Source of the DNA: an uncultured Acidimicrobiaceae bacterium
Lineage (GTDB): Bacteria > Actinomycetota > Acidimicrobiia > Spongiisociales > UBA5794
Length of the DNA: 59,006 nt
NCBI GenBank assembly: GCA_964569015.1
Contig: CAZMSN010000001.1
Coordinates: 36,439-95,444 of the forward strand
Reading direction: 5' to 3'
The notes under the pieces were generated by a model. That model did not search any database. It had not been told where the DNA came from and saw nothing but the letters and a program-made list of their open reading frames with translations. Positions within the stretch are counted from its first letter, which is position 1. Each line of letters begins with the position of its first letter. Position numbers and translations under genes: made by a program. Below are positions 58,579 to 59,006 of the stretch, piece by piece.

Positions 58579-58872
58579 ATCACCGCCATCGCGGTGATGC
58601 AGCTCTGGGAGCAGGGGCTGGTCGACCTCGACGCTCCCGCCAACGACTACCTCCGCGCCTACCAACTGATCCCGGCCGAGGCCGGTCACCGGCGGTGCGC
58701 CACCTGCTGACCCATATCGCCGGTCTCGGCGAACTGGCGCACCCCTCGGGCATGGTCAGGCCCGACTTCGGCGAGAGCGTGCCGGCCGGGGAGCCGCTGC
58801 CGTCGCTGGTGGAGTTCGACGGCGGCGGCCTCCACCTCCACGCCGATCACCCGGACACGACGTAGATGCAGG
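58579..58872 (+). pseudogene. Beta-lactamase-family serine hydrolase fragment
   Basis: ITAIAVMQLWEQGLVDLDAPANDYL, frameshift, then VRHLLTH; SxxK N-terminus absent; stop near 58872. Confidence 0.8.
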
Positions 58873-59006
58873 CGAACGGTCATAACATCCGGACTTATCA
58901 GAGCCTCTTCCTTGCTCGGCGACTTCAACATCACCGAGTATCGAGGGGCTCTGATCATCAGCCCGGCATCATCACCACACTGCGGCTCCCCAACTCACCG
59001 CGCAGT

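Larger units (their letters stand above)
57064..59006. mobile_element. Start of third accessory segment (right end outside window)
   Basis: Follows tRNA fragment 3; ATCTACCA repeats at 57248 and 57259; IS110 remnant and pseudogene. Confidence 0.5.

Overview
High-GC actinobacterial chromosome segment; gene content suggests Acidimicrobiia (inferred, not tested). Bases 1-46181 are mostly core genome: the end of a CheA-like chemosensory operon, pcrA, a deleted B12-binding-domain remnant, sucCD-lysE-purN-purH-folD, icd, mdh, sdhCAB, whiB, tatA-sigE-antisigma-rseB-like, htrA, senX3/regX3 divergent from pstSCAB-phoU with PHO boxes, paaN, bioY, a sortase, a Lon-PDZ protease, an unusual DivIVA fusion, UPF0182 and initiator tRNA-Met(CAT) at 46108-46181. 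Bases 46244-59006 are a decaying tandem array of tRNA-Met-integrated islands. The most striking signal is three partial tRNA-Met copies (46244, 52392, 57064), each interrupted at the same T-loop position by a 72-76 bp hairpin whose stems show compensatory base changes. Two copies are followed by tyrosine integrase genes that are both split by a stop (TAG or TAA) at the same codon, just after a 66-aa N-terminal arm-binding-like domain, and both are flanked by TTCTACCG-type repeats. The islands also carry a candidate structured ncRNA, an orphan sensor kinase, an OmpR-family two-component pair linked by shared 11-bp-period boxes to a secreted acidic repeat protein, an IS110 remnant and a serine-hydrolase pseudogene. 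Product calls come from recognisable motifs in the translations; no database search was run.
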